From an uncultured Pseudomonadota bacterium (GTDB taxonomy: Bacteria; Bacillota; Sulfobacillia; JAUYEF01): 64,000 nt of DNA. The notes beneath the pieces were generated by a model that made no database searches, was not told where the DNA came from, and saw only the letters and a program-made list of their open reading frames with translations. The stretch spans positions 80,681 to 144,680 of the forward strand of contig CAYQIY010000005.1 of NCBI GenBank assembly GCA_964417635.1, in the 5' to 3' direction. The position numbers and the translations under genes are program-made. This document shows, piece by piece, positions 50,592 to 60,133 of the stretch (positions are counted from its first letter, which is position 1; every line of letters begins with the position of its first letter).

Positions 50592-52085
50592 TTAGCCGTC
50601 CTTGCGCCACTTGCGACCGATGGGGTAGATATCACTTGGAATGTTGTTGTACTCGAGATTGCTGAGGTCTGCTATCTCTCTGTATCCAGGGGCATCGATC
50701 GGAAAGTTGACTTTGGCGACGTTGTCCCAGAATGCTCTGTGATGTACCCTACTCTTCAGCGCAATTATGTCAAGAGAGCTCACATCTATCCCGACGGCTT
50801 CTAGTGCGCTTGAGTCAAGCACGCTGCGGGTGGTCTCAGACACAACCACGTGCCTGTTCTGGCCGAGGTTCAGCCTAGAGACGAAGCGCTCTTGGATGCT
50901 CATGCCTCTGTTCATTGGGCCGTTAAGTGTGTATCGCGGCCTTCCCATGAACTCGATCTTTCCCGTGATTTCTACCGGTTTGCCAGAATGCTCTCCGTAC
51001 CAGCCACCCACCCGGATGCTCACAGTGTCTCCTAAGTGGTGATTGGCTTCAAGCATGCGAGACGCTTCACAGTCGGCCATCTGCGGAACGCACCAGTTTG
51101 ATGCGCGCTGTAAGAGTAGCTCTCGTAGGATATGAGTGCTGTCACCTATTCTATCGGCGCCGTCTGCTATAACAACCGGCTTTTCGCCTCTTGCGACAAG
51201 CTGCATGACTTCTGCCACGCCTTCTCTGGGTTCGGGCAGCGGGGTGGAGAACTCATCTCTAAGGCTCCATGCAAGAGCGCACACATCTTCGCATACTTCT
51301 CGTGCAAGCTCGGGTGCGTCGTTCGTTACGGCAATGACGCTCATGCCGACGTCAGGCACATCGGCGTACGCGAAACCCGGTGCACACGAGACACAGCGCA
51401 CTGCGTCAACCTGCTCCCACTCGCGGCAGCGGTCGTAGATGTGTTTCATCGGGTAGTGTTCTGATGCTTGGTAGATACTCGCTATGATGAGCCCTGGTTT
51501 CATGAGAGACTGAGTAGGCTTGAACTGCCCGTGCAGCGTATCCAGCATACACTTGGCGGCTGTGCTACCTATCTGCTCTGAGTCCACATGAGGATATGTC
51601 TTGAGCACGAATACCGCGTCTGCTGCGTCGGTGAGTTCGTGGTCCTCGTTTGCGTGCAGATCGAGAGTTACCATAACGGGTTTATCACCCACACAAGACT
51701 TTACCCTGCGCACGATTTCTGCCTCGGGTTTGGGTACACCTGAGACTGCCATCGCACCGTGCAGCGCGAGCAGCACGCCATCAACATTGCCGCAGCACTT
51801 GAGTCCGTTTGTGATTTCGCATGCGTACTTCTCAAAGCACTCGGCCGTGATCCAGCTCGAAAACGGCCCCGGGGTGTTGAACTTGTTGGCTTCTATGATC
51901 GGCACCATCTCGACGCCTTCTGCTTCCAGCACTTGTATGAAGCCGTTAATGTAAGTGGGCAGACCTCTGTTCTTGTCTATGACGTCCCACCCACGTCTTA
52001 CTCCTGGCTCAAAGCGTTGCTCAGTAGTGGGTTCGTTCATGAAAGTCATTGTCTCATCTTCAAAGCTGGCTATTGCTATTCGCAT
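50592..52085 (-). CDS. M81 family metallopeptidase (MlrC-like)
   Basis: ETMTF, LALHGAM, TLDLHAN, TYPHVD, LKSRVH; ATG 52085 after GGGAGG. Confidence 0.88.
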   Translation of the reverse strand: MRIAIASFEDETMTFMNEPTTEQRFEPGVRRGWDVIDKNRGLPTYINGFIQVLEAEGVEMVPIIEANKFNTPGPFSSWITAECFEKYACEITNGLKCCGNVDGVLLALHGAMAVSGVPKPEAEIVRRVKSCVGDKPVMVTLDLHANEDHELTDAADAVFVLKTYPHVDSEQIGSTAAKCMLDTLHGQFKPTQSLMKPGLIIASIYQASEHYPMKHIYDRCREWEQVDAVRCVSCAPGFAYADVPDVGMSVIAVTNDAPELAREVCEDVCALAWSLRDEFSTPLPEPREGVAEVMQLVARGEKPVVIADGADRIGDSTHILRELLLQRASNWCVPQMADCEASRMLEANHHLGDTVSIRVGGWYGEHSGKPVEITGKIEFMGRPRYTLNGPMNRGMSIQERFVSRLNLGQNRHVVVSETTRSVLDSSALEAVGIDVSSLDIIALKSRVHHRAFWDNVAKVNFPIDAPGYREIADLSNLEYNNIPSDIYPIGRKWRKDG

Positions 52086-52325
52086 GGCTGTGCCTCCCAT
52101 AGTTCTAGCCTGGATGTGTCTTCTTTACGACCACAAGATGGTGGATTCCTACCGCATGCGCATGGCATACGTGTTGGAAGCAGCTGGTAGTTGGGCTGTT
52201 AGCGATGAAGAATTGGGATATCAGGAAGGATTAATAGCCTCAAAGTGGAAACAGTAGACACTCCGGAATACGCAAAAGGTGATTTGAATTTCACATCAAC
52301 TTAGTGATCAGAACAGGAGATGATT

Positions 52326-53561
52326 ATGCGCCAAACACAGGGATGGATAGTGACATTTGCCGGGCTGGGTGTGAACCTTGTGCTCGGAGTGCTCTACGCA
52401 TGGAGCATCATTTCTGCCGCGCTCATAGACCACCTTGGCTGGTCTGCGACAATGACCCAGATACCGTACATGGTAGCTTGCCTCGTATTTTCTTTCTCGA
52501 TGATCCCCGGAGGACGGCTGCAGGACAGGCATGGACCGAAAGCTGTTATAGTGGCCTCGGCGATTCTGGCCGGAATCGGATTCGTGTTCGCCGGCCTGTT
52601 TCTGACCCTCGTGGGTCTCACTGTTTTCTACGGGCTGGTGTTCGGCCTTTCAATGGGCATGGGATACGCAGCTCCGACGCCTGCAGCAGTTAAGTGGTTC
52701 GGTCCAGAAAAGCGCGGGCTCATATCCGGGATTGTGGTAAGTGGTTTCGGGCTTGCGCCGATATATATAGCGCCGCTCACTAATGCACTTATCCAGACAT
52801 TCGGTCTTCGGAACACGTTTTTCATCATGGGTGCCGGTTTCTTTGCGGTAATCATGATACTTGCTCAGTTCATCTCTAACCCTCCAAAGGACTACGTCGC
52901 GCAAGAGCCTGCCAAGGTTTTGGTCACGGCGAAGAAGCGTCCGAGCTATGCTGAACTGGACTGGCAGTCTGTGCTGAAGACCAAACAGTTCTACTTGCTC
53001 TGGACAATGTTCTGTTTTGGCACTTTTGCCGGTCTTCTGCTTATTGGACAGATGTCCAAAATAGGCTTGGAGCAGGCTGGCATGACGACTCCTTATGTGC
53101 TTATCGCGGTGTACGCTTTCTTCAATGCGTCGGGTCGTATCGGTTGTGGTGTGATCTCGGATAAGATAGGGCGCATGATGACGTTGATTCTAATGTTCGG
53201 GCTTCAGTGCGCCATCTACCTTATGTTCAGCAGGCTTGTTACACCGACCTCTCTCATGTTCGGAATAGCTGTGGTCGGATTCACCTTCGGCGGGATGCTC
53301 ACGATCTTTCCGGCGACGACCGCAGATTTCTTCGGACTCAAAAACTTTGGCGTTAACTACGGAATGCTCATTACCGCGTGGGGTGCGGGAGGCTTGTTCG
53401 GGCCTCTAGTTGGTGGCATGGTGCGAGACCTAACCGGCACGTATGCGTTGAGCTACACCATCTCTGCTGCTATAAGCGCTTTGGGTATACTGCTTGCTTT
53501 CGTGGTGCGACCGCCCGCGGAAGTATACGAAACGCAGGCAAGGCCTGAGGTAGCCGGATAG
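52326..53561 (+). CDS. MFS transporter, oxalate/formate antiporter (OFA) family
   Basis: LGVLYAWS, GRLQDRHGP, KWFGPEKRGLISG, GRIGCGVISDKIGR, FGLKNFGVNYG; ATG 52326 after AGGAG. Confidence 0.9.
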   Translation: MRQTQGWIVTFAGLGVNLVLGVLYAWSIISAALIDHLGWSATMTQIPYMVACLVFSFSMIPGGRLQDRHGPKAVIVASAILAGIGFVFAGLFLTLVGLTVFYGLVFGLSMGMGYAAPTPAAVKWFGPEKRGLISGIVVSGFGLAPIYIAPLTNALIQTFGLRNTFFIMGAGFFAVIMILAQFISNPPKDYVAQEPAKVLVTAKKRPSYAELDWQSVLKTKQFYLLWTMFCFGTFAGLLLIGQMSKIGLEQAGMTTPYVLIAVYAFFNASGRIGCGVISDKIGRMMTLILMFGLQCAIYLMFSRLVTPTSLMFGIAVVGFTFGGMLTIFPATTADFFGLKNFGVNYGMLITAWGAGGLFGPLVGGMVRDLTGTYALSYTISAAISALGILLAFVVRPPAEVYETQARPEVAG

Positions 53562-53601
53562 TGTCGGCACCACGTACACATGTCACTTAGCGAGGTTTTT
53601 C

Positions 53602-53630
53602 ATGCCCGGCGTCACGAGGACGCCGGGCAT
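53602..53630. terminator. Inverted repeat after the OFA gene, overlapping a sigma-H-like motif
   Basis: ATGCCCGGCGTC-N5-GACGCCGGGCAT, 12-bp perfect stem. Confidence 0.55.
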
Positions 53631-53674
53631 AGTTGTCGAAATCGACTAGCATATAGGTTCGGGAGTTGAGCGCG

Positions 53675-56365
53675 ATGAACAGAAATGTTCGCGTGTCGTT
53701 GCTGGCGATCGTGGGCGCGGGCCTCGCGCTTGCGTTCATTGCCACGTCTTTAGCCCGGCTGTATACTGACTGGCTTTGGTTCGCCGATGTTGGATACGCA
53801 CAAGTGTTTGTGCGCACATGGCTGCTGCGGCTGCGCACCAGTTTTGCAGGAGGCATATTGTTCGGAGCGCTGCTCTATCTGAATTTACGACACGCCTGCC
53901 GCGTCCGCGCCATAACACCCGAAGACGATGAACACTCTATGCAGCACATACTCGAAGTCGAATCGTGGAGACCGGACATATTCAGCACTGCGACATCGTG
54001 TGCGGCAGCAGCGCTTGTCTGGCTGTGGTTGTTCCGCAATTGGCTTGTCGTGGAAAGGTTTGCACACTCAACTGCTTTTGGCTATCCCGACCCGATTTTC
54101 GGCAGAGACGTCGGGTTTTACGTCTTTGGGCTTCCGTTTTTCACTCTTCTTTACAAGTACTTGCTCTGGCTTGTGGTGCTATGCGCCGCTTGCGCAGCGC
54201 TTGTCTACCTGATCACAGGAGCCATCGCCAGGCTGCGTGGCTCGCTGTTCTTTAGCCAAGGAGCCAAGACACACCTGTCAGTGCTCGTGGCGGTGTTCTG
54301 GGCAACTATTGCGGCAGGGATGCAGGTAAGCATATACCGTCTTGTATATTCCCCAAGGGGCGTGGTGTTTGGTGCAAGCTACACCGACATGCACGCTGAC
54401 CTTCCTGCACTCAGGGCGCTGACGGTTGCTGCGCTTGGAGCCGGGCTGCTGACGCTGCTTACGTCTAGAAAGCGAACAGCACGTGTTGCGATTATCTCCT
54501 CCGTAGCGGTGTTGGTTCTCACCGCAGCGTTGCGACTGGGATATACCACTTTGGTGCAGCAAGTGGTGGTCGGTCCGAACGAAATTGCCAAAGAGCGTGA
54601 GTTTATAGCGTATAACATAGCCATGACGAGGAAAGCGTTCGGGCTGGATAACGTGGTTGAGAGGGCTTACCCCGCAACCGAAGACCTCGTACGGCAGGAC
54701 ATTGAAGACAACTGGGATACCATATCCAATATCCGGCTGTGGGACTGGAGACCTCTGCGCCAGACGTACAGCCAGATGCAGGAAATGCGGCTATATTACA
54801 CGTTTAGTGACGTGGACGTAGATAGATACACCATTGACGGTAGGTACAGGCAGATGTGTATCGCTGTCCGTGAGATGAACGTAGACAACCTGGCTGATGA
54901 GGCACGCACCTGGGTGAACCGCCACCTCAAGTTCACCCACGGTCACGGTGTTGTGTTGAGCCCCGCCAGTGAAGTCAGTCCACAGGGGCTCCCGGTGTTT
55001 GTTGTCAGGGACATACCACCTCGTTCTCCACCTGGACTCGATGTGTCAAGACCCGAGATCTACTTCGGCGAACTCACGTATCAGTACATCATTGTCGGCA
55101 CGACCGAAAACGAATTTGACTACCCACTGGGTGACCAGAACGTCACCACACGCTATGAGGCAGCTTCTGGCGTCGCTGTCAATTCTCTGCTCAGGAGGCT
55201 TGCGTTCACGCTTCGCTTCAAGAACTACGAGATTCTGCTGTCTCGCGCCATAATCTCCGAAAGCCGGATAATCTACAACAGACAGATTCAGGCCAGAGTA
55301 GAGACGATTGCCCCATTCTTGATGTTTGACGGCGACCCGTATCCAGTGTTGCACCAAGGACGGGTTTTCTGGATCATCGACGCGTATACGTACAGTTCAG
55401 AATTCCCGTATTCAGAGCCAGCACCGGGAGGTTACAACTACATCAAGAACTCGGTGAAAGTGGTAATAGATGCATACACGGGTGATACCACTTTCTATTC
55501 GTTCAGCGCTGATGACCCGGTGTTACAGGTGTATCAGAGTATCTTCCCTGTGTTGTTCACGCCATACTCCGAAATGCCGGAGGGTCTAAGGCAGCACGTT
55601 CGCTATCCGACAGACCTGTTCGAGATTCAGGCGCACATGTATCTGACTTACCACATGCATGACCCAGTGGTGTTCTACAACAAAGAAGATTTATGGGCAG
55701 TGCCTCCAGCCGGTAAAGAAGGCCACGAGATGAGGACAGAGTCGTATTACATGGTGATGCGGCTTCCAGGCGAAAGCGATGTCGAATATGTGTCGTTGCT
55801 GGCCTTTACCCCTCATAGACGCCAGAACATGATTGCCTGGCTCGCGGCAAGGTCTGATGAGCCCAATTACGGTCAAATGATATTGTACAAGTTTCCGAAA
55901 GAGAGTCTTGTGTTCGGACCCAGGCAGGTTGACGCACGCATTGACCAGCATCCGGAGATATCCGAAAGACTCACTTTGTGGGGGCAAGGTGGTTCGAGCG
56001 TTATCCGCGGTAATCTGCGGGTAATACCTGTCAACGGCTCAATACTCTACGTCGAGCCGCTCTACATACAGGGAGTCGCCAACAGGCTTCCCGAACTCAA
56101 GCGCGTGATCTTGGCGTACGGCGACAAGATCGTGATGGAAGAGACGATGGGTAGGGCGCTGGATGCGCTGTTCGGGCAAGACGTGTCAGAGCGTTCTGCG
56201 GCAGATATCACTAACGACCTGCGTGACTTGGCCGAAAGGGCGCATGAACTGTTTTGGCGAGCCAAATCTTCGAGTCAGGCAGGTAACTGGGGCGAATATG
56301 GCCGTGCTCTCGACGAGCTTGAGAGAGTGCTCGAGCAAATTCGAGAGCGCACTTCGGCCGAATAA
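53675..56365 (+). CDS. UPF0182 family membrane protein
   Basis: YTDWLWF..VGY, DPIFGRDVGFYVF.LP, NIRLWD, DVDVDRY, FTHGHG, IRGNL.VIP...LYVEPLY. Confidence 0.92.
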   Translation: MNRNVRVSLLAIVGAGLALAFIATSLARLYTDWLWFADVGYAQVFVRTWLLRLRTSFAGGILFGALLYLNLRHACRVRAITPEDDEHSMQHILEVESWRPDIFSTATSCAAAALVWLWLFRNWLVVERFAHSTAFGYPDPIFGRDVGFYVFGLPFFTLLYKYLLWLVVLCAACAALVYLITGAIARLRGSLFFSQGAKTHLSVLVAVFWATIAAGMQVSIYRLVYSPRGVVFGASYTDMHADLPALRALTVAALGAGLLTLLTSRKRTARVAIISSVAVLVLTAALRLGYTTLVQQVVVGPNEIAKEREFIAYNIAMTRKAFGLDNVVERAYPATEDLVRQDIEDNWDTISNIRLWDWRPLRQTYSQMQEMRLYYTFSDVDVDRYTIDGRYRQMCIAVREMNVDNLADEARTWVNRHLKFTHGHGVVLSPASEVSPQGLPVFVVRDIPPRSPPGLDVSRPEIYFGELTYQYIIVGTTENEFDYPLGDQNVTTRYEAASGVAVNSLLRRLAFTLRFKNYEILLSRAIISESRIIYNRQIQARVETIAPFLMFDGDPYPVLHQGRVFWIIDAYTYSSEFPYSEPAPGGYNYIKNSVKVVIDAYTGDTTFYSFSADDPVLQVYQSIFPVLFTPYSEMPEGLRQHVRYPTDLFEIQAHMYLTYHMHDPVVFYNKEDLWAVPPAGKEGHEMRTESYYMVMRLPGESDVEYVSLLAFTPHRRQNMIAWLAARSDEPNYGQMILYKFPKESLVFGPRQVDARIDQHPEISERLTLWGQGGSSVIRGNLRVIPVNGSILYVEPLYIQGVANRLPELKRVILAYGDKIVMEETMGRALDALFGQDVSERSAADITNDLRDLAERAHELFWRAKSSSQAGNWGEYGRALDELERVLEQIRERTSAE

Positions 56366-56389
56366 GGCTGAGGCCAGGAACAACGCGCC

Positions 56390-56998
56390 TTGCAAGCCGT
56401 CCGAAGTGTGAGGTGGTCTGCAGTGTTCAGAAGGAACATAGTAGTTGTGGTTACCGCAGTGCTTCTGTGCAGCATGCTTGCGGAATCTGCCAGAGCTCGG
56501 CTGGTGGTGCTTTCGCCTGAGACCATGATCAAGACGTCCGATGCGCTTGCAAGCGCAGTGGTGCTTGAGCGTCGCGCAGAAGATGAATGTCTCGTCGTGT
56601 TACTCGGCATCGAGCGAGTGCATGGTGGTGAGGTAGATGCTGACCAGATTTGGGTTACAGTGGGGCCGTTCCGACCTGGATACGGGCCGCCAGACGCTTT
56701 TCCGGACGAAGGCACCATGGTATTCGTGCTACTCGCAAAAGACGCCGATGAGTGGCGGCTTAAAGCAGACCTCAACTCTGTTGCGTTAATCGAGAGCGGA
56801 ACGATATCTGCGCTACATAAGGGATCGCATATAGGAGCAAACAACGAGTCGTGGACTGCCGATGACTACTTGGCGGCTTACCGCGATTTCTTTGGGCAAT
56901 GTCAGGCATATTGGGCCGATGATACACCCCGCGAATCGGCTGAACAGCGGTCCAGTTTAGTGATTCTGCGTCTGCTTGAGCTGTTTCAAACACGTTAG
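56390..56998 (+). CDS. Hypothetical exported protein
   Basis: 202-codon ORF co-oriented with neighbours; signal-peptide-like N-terminus; start uncertain. Confidence 0.55.
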   Translation: MQAVRSVRWSAVFRRNIVVVVTAVLLCSMLAESARARLVVLSPETMIKTSDALASAVVLERRAEDECLVVLLGIERVHGGEVDADQIWVTVGPFRPGYGPPDAFPDEGTMVFVLLAKDADEWRLKADLNSVALIESGTISALHKGSHIGANNESWTADDYLAAYRDFFGQCQAYWADDTPRESAEQRSSLVILRLLELFQTR

Positions 56999-57235
56999 AC
57001 TAGTTCAGCATGCGATGCGCACCCCATACCTGCAGGTAACGCCATCAGTGGTCAGATGGCTGCACCTTCTTACCACGGCATCTCCTGCCATGTTTAACCG
57101 GCTCTTGGACGCACCCGATACCCGTTATCCAGAAATATTTGCTACAATTGTAGTGTTATTAGCCGAAACAGCGCTTGCTGAAGATTGGCTCCGTATCTGT
57201 GCTTACAGTTCTTAAGAGAGGTGGTGTATACGCTG

Positions 57236-58972
57236 GTGAACACACAACAGTACGATCTCAAGGTTGGAGGCGCGGCCGGTCAGGGACTCAACGTCGTAGG
57301 CGGTATTCTATCCAAGGCCTTAGCCCGCAGCGGCCTCTGCTTGTTTGGACACCAAGATTACTACTCACGCGTCCGCGGTGGTCACAACTTTTATCACGTG
57401 AGGGCGTCGTCACAGCCAGTGTTTTCGTACAGGGATGAGATAGACATTCTGGTTGCGCTTGACCAAGCCTCTGCGGACATTCACGCAAAAGAACTCGGTG
57501 ATAGCGGCGTCATGCTCTACGACTCGGCTACTGTCAAACCGACCACACAATCGTCCAGGTTCCTACCGATATCTCTGGCTGCACTTGCAGAGCAGCACGG
57601 CGGGCGCAAGTTGATGAGCAACACCGTAGCTGCCGGTTTGGTCTGGCGGCTCTTGTCTGGGGATGCGCAGATTCTGAATAGTGCGATAAGCAGCTTGTTT
57701 TCTTCGAAGGGCCGGGATGTGGTGGAAGCCAATGTCCGTGCAGCAAAGGCCGGAGCCGATGCAGTCGAGAGTCAGTTCAGCGCGTACTGCAGACCTTCTA
57801 TCGCACAGGATGATGCGCCAAGACGCATGGTGCTTACGGGCAACGAAGCGCTTGCGCTTGGCGCAATGGCTGCTGGCTGCCAGTTTGCCAGTGCATATCC
57901 CATGACGCCTGCAAGCAGTGTTGTGGAGTACATGTCCATTCATGCTGCAAAGATGTCGCTCGTTTTCGAACAAGCCGAGGACGAGATTGCGGCCATCAAT
58001 ATGGCGATAGGCGCGTCTCACCTTGGACTGCGTTCGATGGTTGCCACTTCAGGCGGGGGTTTCGCGCTGATGGTTGAGGGTCTGTCGCTGGCGGGTTGCA
58101 CCGAGACTCCGCTTGTTATCGTGATGGGGCAGCGTCCGGGACCAAGCACGGGAATGGCAACACGAACTGAACAGGGTGAACTGCTCTTCTGCCTCTGGGC
58201 GGGCCACGGCGAGTTCCCGAGGGCCATACTCACGCCGGGAACTGCCGAAGAAGCGTTCTGGGCGATGATCAAGGCGCACAACTTGGCAGATAAGTATCAG
58301 ATTCCGGTGTTTGTGATGACCGATCAACACTTGGCCGATACGTACTTCACCATGCAGCAACCGGATCTAGGTAATGTGATAATAGACAGGGGTGTTCTCG
58401 CATCCAGGGCAGATCTGGACTCTGAGGAGCAGTACATGAGGTATAGATTTACGCCATCAGGCGTATCGCCGAGGGCTTTTCCCGGGCAGAGCAAGCAGAT
58501 CGTCGCAAGCACCGGGAATGAGCACGACCAGTACGGTATGTCAAGTGAAGACAAGACTAACCGCAGACTCATGGTCGAAAAGCGATTGAGCAAGACCAAA
58601 GGTGTTGCATCTGAGATTTGCCAGCCTAAGGTGTACGGTTACGAATCGGCAGACATTGTGCTGCTGACGTGGGGCTCATCGTATGGCGCTTGCCGGGAAG
58701 CTGTCGCAGAAATCAATGAGTCTGGAGATAGAGCCAAACTGGTGCATCTGCCGGAGGTGTGGCCATTTCCAGGTGACGCTGTCATTGAGGCCGTTGGTAC
58801 CGCTAAGCGCCTGGTGACTGTTGAGATGAACGCAACGGGGCAGATAGGCCGGTTGCTAAGGATGGAGACTGGCATCAGGCCCGATTTGGCTGTTCTGAAA
58901 TATGACGGCAGGCCTATGAACGCGAAGTATGTCATTGAGCAGATTGCGAATGGGGGGCAGAACCCATGGTGA
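57236..58972 (+). CDS. korA: 2-oxoacid:ferredoxin oxidoreductase alpha subunit (gamma-alpha fusion)
   Basis: GGAAGQG, SRVRGGH, YPMTPAS, QAEDEIAA, TSGGGF, QRPGPSTG. Confidence 0.92.
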   Translation: MNTQQYDLKVGGAAGQGLNVVGGILSKALARSGLCLFGHQDYYSRVRGGHNFYHVRASSQPVFSYRDEIDILVALDQASADIHAKELGDSGVMLYDSATVKPTTQSSRFLPISLAALAEQHGGRKLMSNTVAAGLVWRLLSGDAQILNSAISSLFSSKGRDVVEANVRAAKAGADAVESQFSAYCRPSIAQDDAPRRMVLTGNEALALGAMAAGCQFASAYPMTPASSVVEYMSIHAAKMSLVFEQAEDEIAAINMAIGASHLGLRSMVATSGGGFALMVEGLSLAGCTETPLVIVMGQRPGPSTGMATRTEQGELLFCLWAGHGEFPRAILTPGTAEEAFWAMIKAHNLADKYQIPVFVMTDQHLADTYFTMQQPDLGNVIIDRGVLASRADLDSEEQYMRYRFTPSGVSPRAFPGQSKQIVASTGNEHDQYGMSSEDKTNRRLMVEKRLSKTKGVASEICQPKVYGYESADIVLLTWGSSYGACREAVAEINESGDRAKLVHLPEVWPFPGDAVIEAVGTAKRLVTVEMNATGQIGRLLRMETGIRPDLAVLKYDGRPMNAKYVIEQIANGGQNPW

Positions 58973-59823
58973 TGGTACAAGAATACGACACTTCGAGAGA
59001 AAACGCTTGGTGCCCCGGATGCGGCAATTTCCCGATTCTGGAAGTGCTGAAGAGCACGCTGGCGACTCTCGGGTTGTCTCCGCATGACGTGCTTGTCGTG
59101 TCTGGAATTGGACAGGCAGGAAAACTACCGCAGTACATGCGCGTGAACATGTTCAATGTGCTTCACGGACGGACGTTGCCTGTCGCGACTGCAGCCAAGA
59201 TAGCCAACCACCGCCTGACAGTTCTTGCGGTGGGTGGAGACGGTGACGGCTATGCTGAGGGCGGAAACCACTTGATCCATGCAATACGAAGGAACGTGGA
59301 CGTCACATACATGGTTCACAATAACCAGATCTACGGGCTCACAAAGGGCCAGGCTTCTCCGACCACAGACGCGGGCTCAACCACTGCAACCACGCCTCAC
59401 GGCAATCCTTTCGAGGGACTCAATCCAATAGCGCTTGCGCTCGGACTCAAGACGAGCTTTGTGGCGAGGGGCTTCTCAGGCAACAAAACGCAACTGGCCA
59501 AGATACTGAAGATGGCAATAGAGCACCGGGGATTCTCGTTCGTTGACATCCTGCAGCCATGTGTAACATTCAACAGAGTTAACACTTATGCGTGGTATGC
59601 CGAACGCGTGTATGACGTCAACGGCATAGGCCATAACCCAAGCGACTTGGCTGACGCCTTTTCCCTGGCCGGTGAGTGGGGAGAGCGCATACCCACTGGG
59701 ATCTTTTACACTTCAGACAAGACGGTGTTTCACGAGGCCGTACTCGGGCCGGACTCTATTCCTTTAGTTGAGAAGGTGCCAGACCCGAAGAAAGTGGAAG
59801 CATTGTTTGAAGAGTTCCTATAG
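58966..59823 (+). CDS. korB: 2-oxoacid:ferredoxin oxidoreductase beta subunit (TPP-binding)
   Basis: WCPGCGNF, SGIG, LHGR, GDGD...NNQIYGLTKGQASPT, QPCVTFN. Confidence 0.93.
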   Translation: MVMVQEYDTSRENAWCPGCGNFPILEVLKSTLATLGLSPHDVLVVSGIGQAGKLPQYMRVNMFNVLHGRTLPVATAAKIANHRLTVLAVGGDGDGYAEGGNHLIHAIRRNVDVTYMVHNNQIYGLTKGQASPTTDAGSTTATTPHGNPFEGLNPIALALGLKTSFVARGFSGNKTQLAKILKMAIEHRGFSFVDILQPCVTFNRVNTYAWYAERVYDVNGIGHNPSDLADAFSLAGEWGERIPTGIFYTSDKTVFHEAVLGPDSIPLVEKVPDPKKVEALFEEFL

Positions 59824-60073
59824 AGCGAGTCAAGATTCGCTTCACATACTCTCTGTCTTGCCGCAGGCTGGTGAATGTGCACCAGCCTGCGCGGCTGCAG
59901 GCAGGCACATGTGAATACTCTAGATAAGACAGCGACGAGGTTTTCAACGGGCCAGGGCTCGTCTCGACAGTTCTTACTGTGGCAGTTAGTACACCAATCT
60001 GAAAGGGCCGATATATGTTGCTATCACAAATGTTGGTGACATCAGCATATTATTGAAAAAACCTTATATCCTT

Positions 60074-60100
60074 AAAGGATTGTCGTGAACGACACGGAAT
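60074..60100 (+). promoter_or_regulatory. Sigma-H-like promoter
   Basis: AAAGGA-N17-GAAT 33 nt upstream of ATG 60134. Confidence 0.55.
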
Positions 60101-60133
60101 GCATACGCAAGATAAAGGAAGGGTGAACGGTCA

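Noticed and set aside
50592-52085. Microcystin degradation (mlr) cluster
   Set aside because: Only a lone M81 family member; no adjacent mlrA, mlrB or mlrD.
52279-52295. GTGA-N8-TCAC as a Rex or CRP site
   Set aside because: Those regulators need a 6-nt spacer between GTGA and TCAC; here it is 8.
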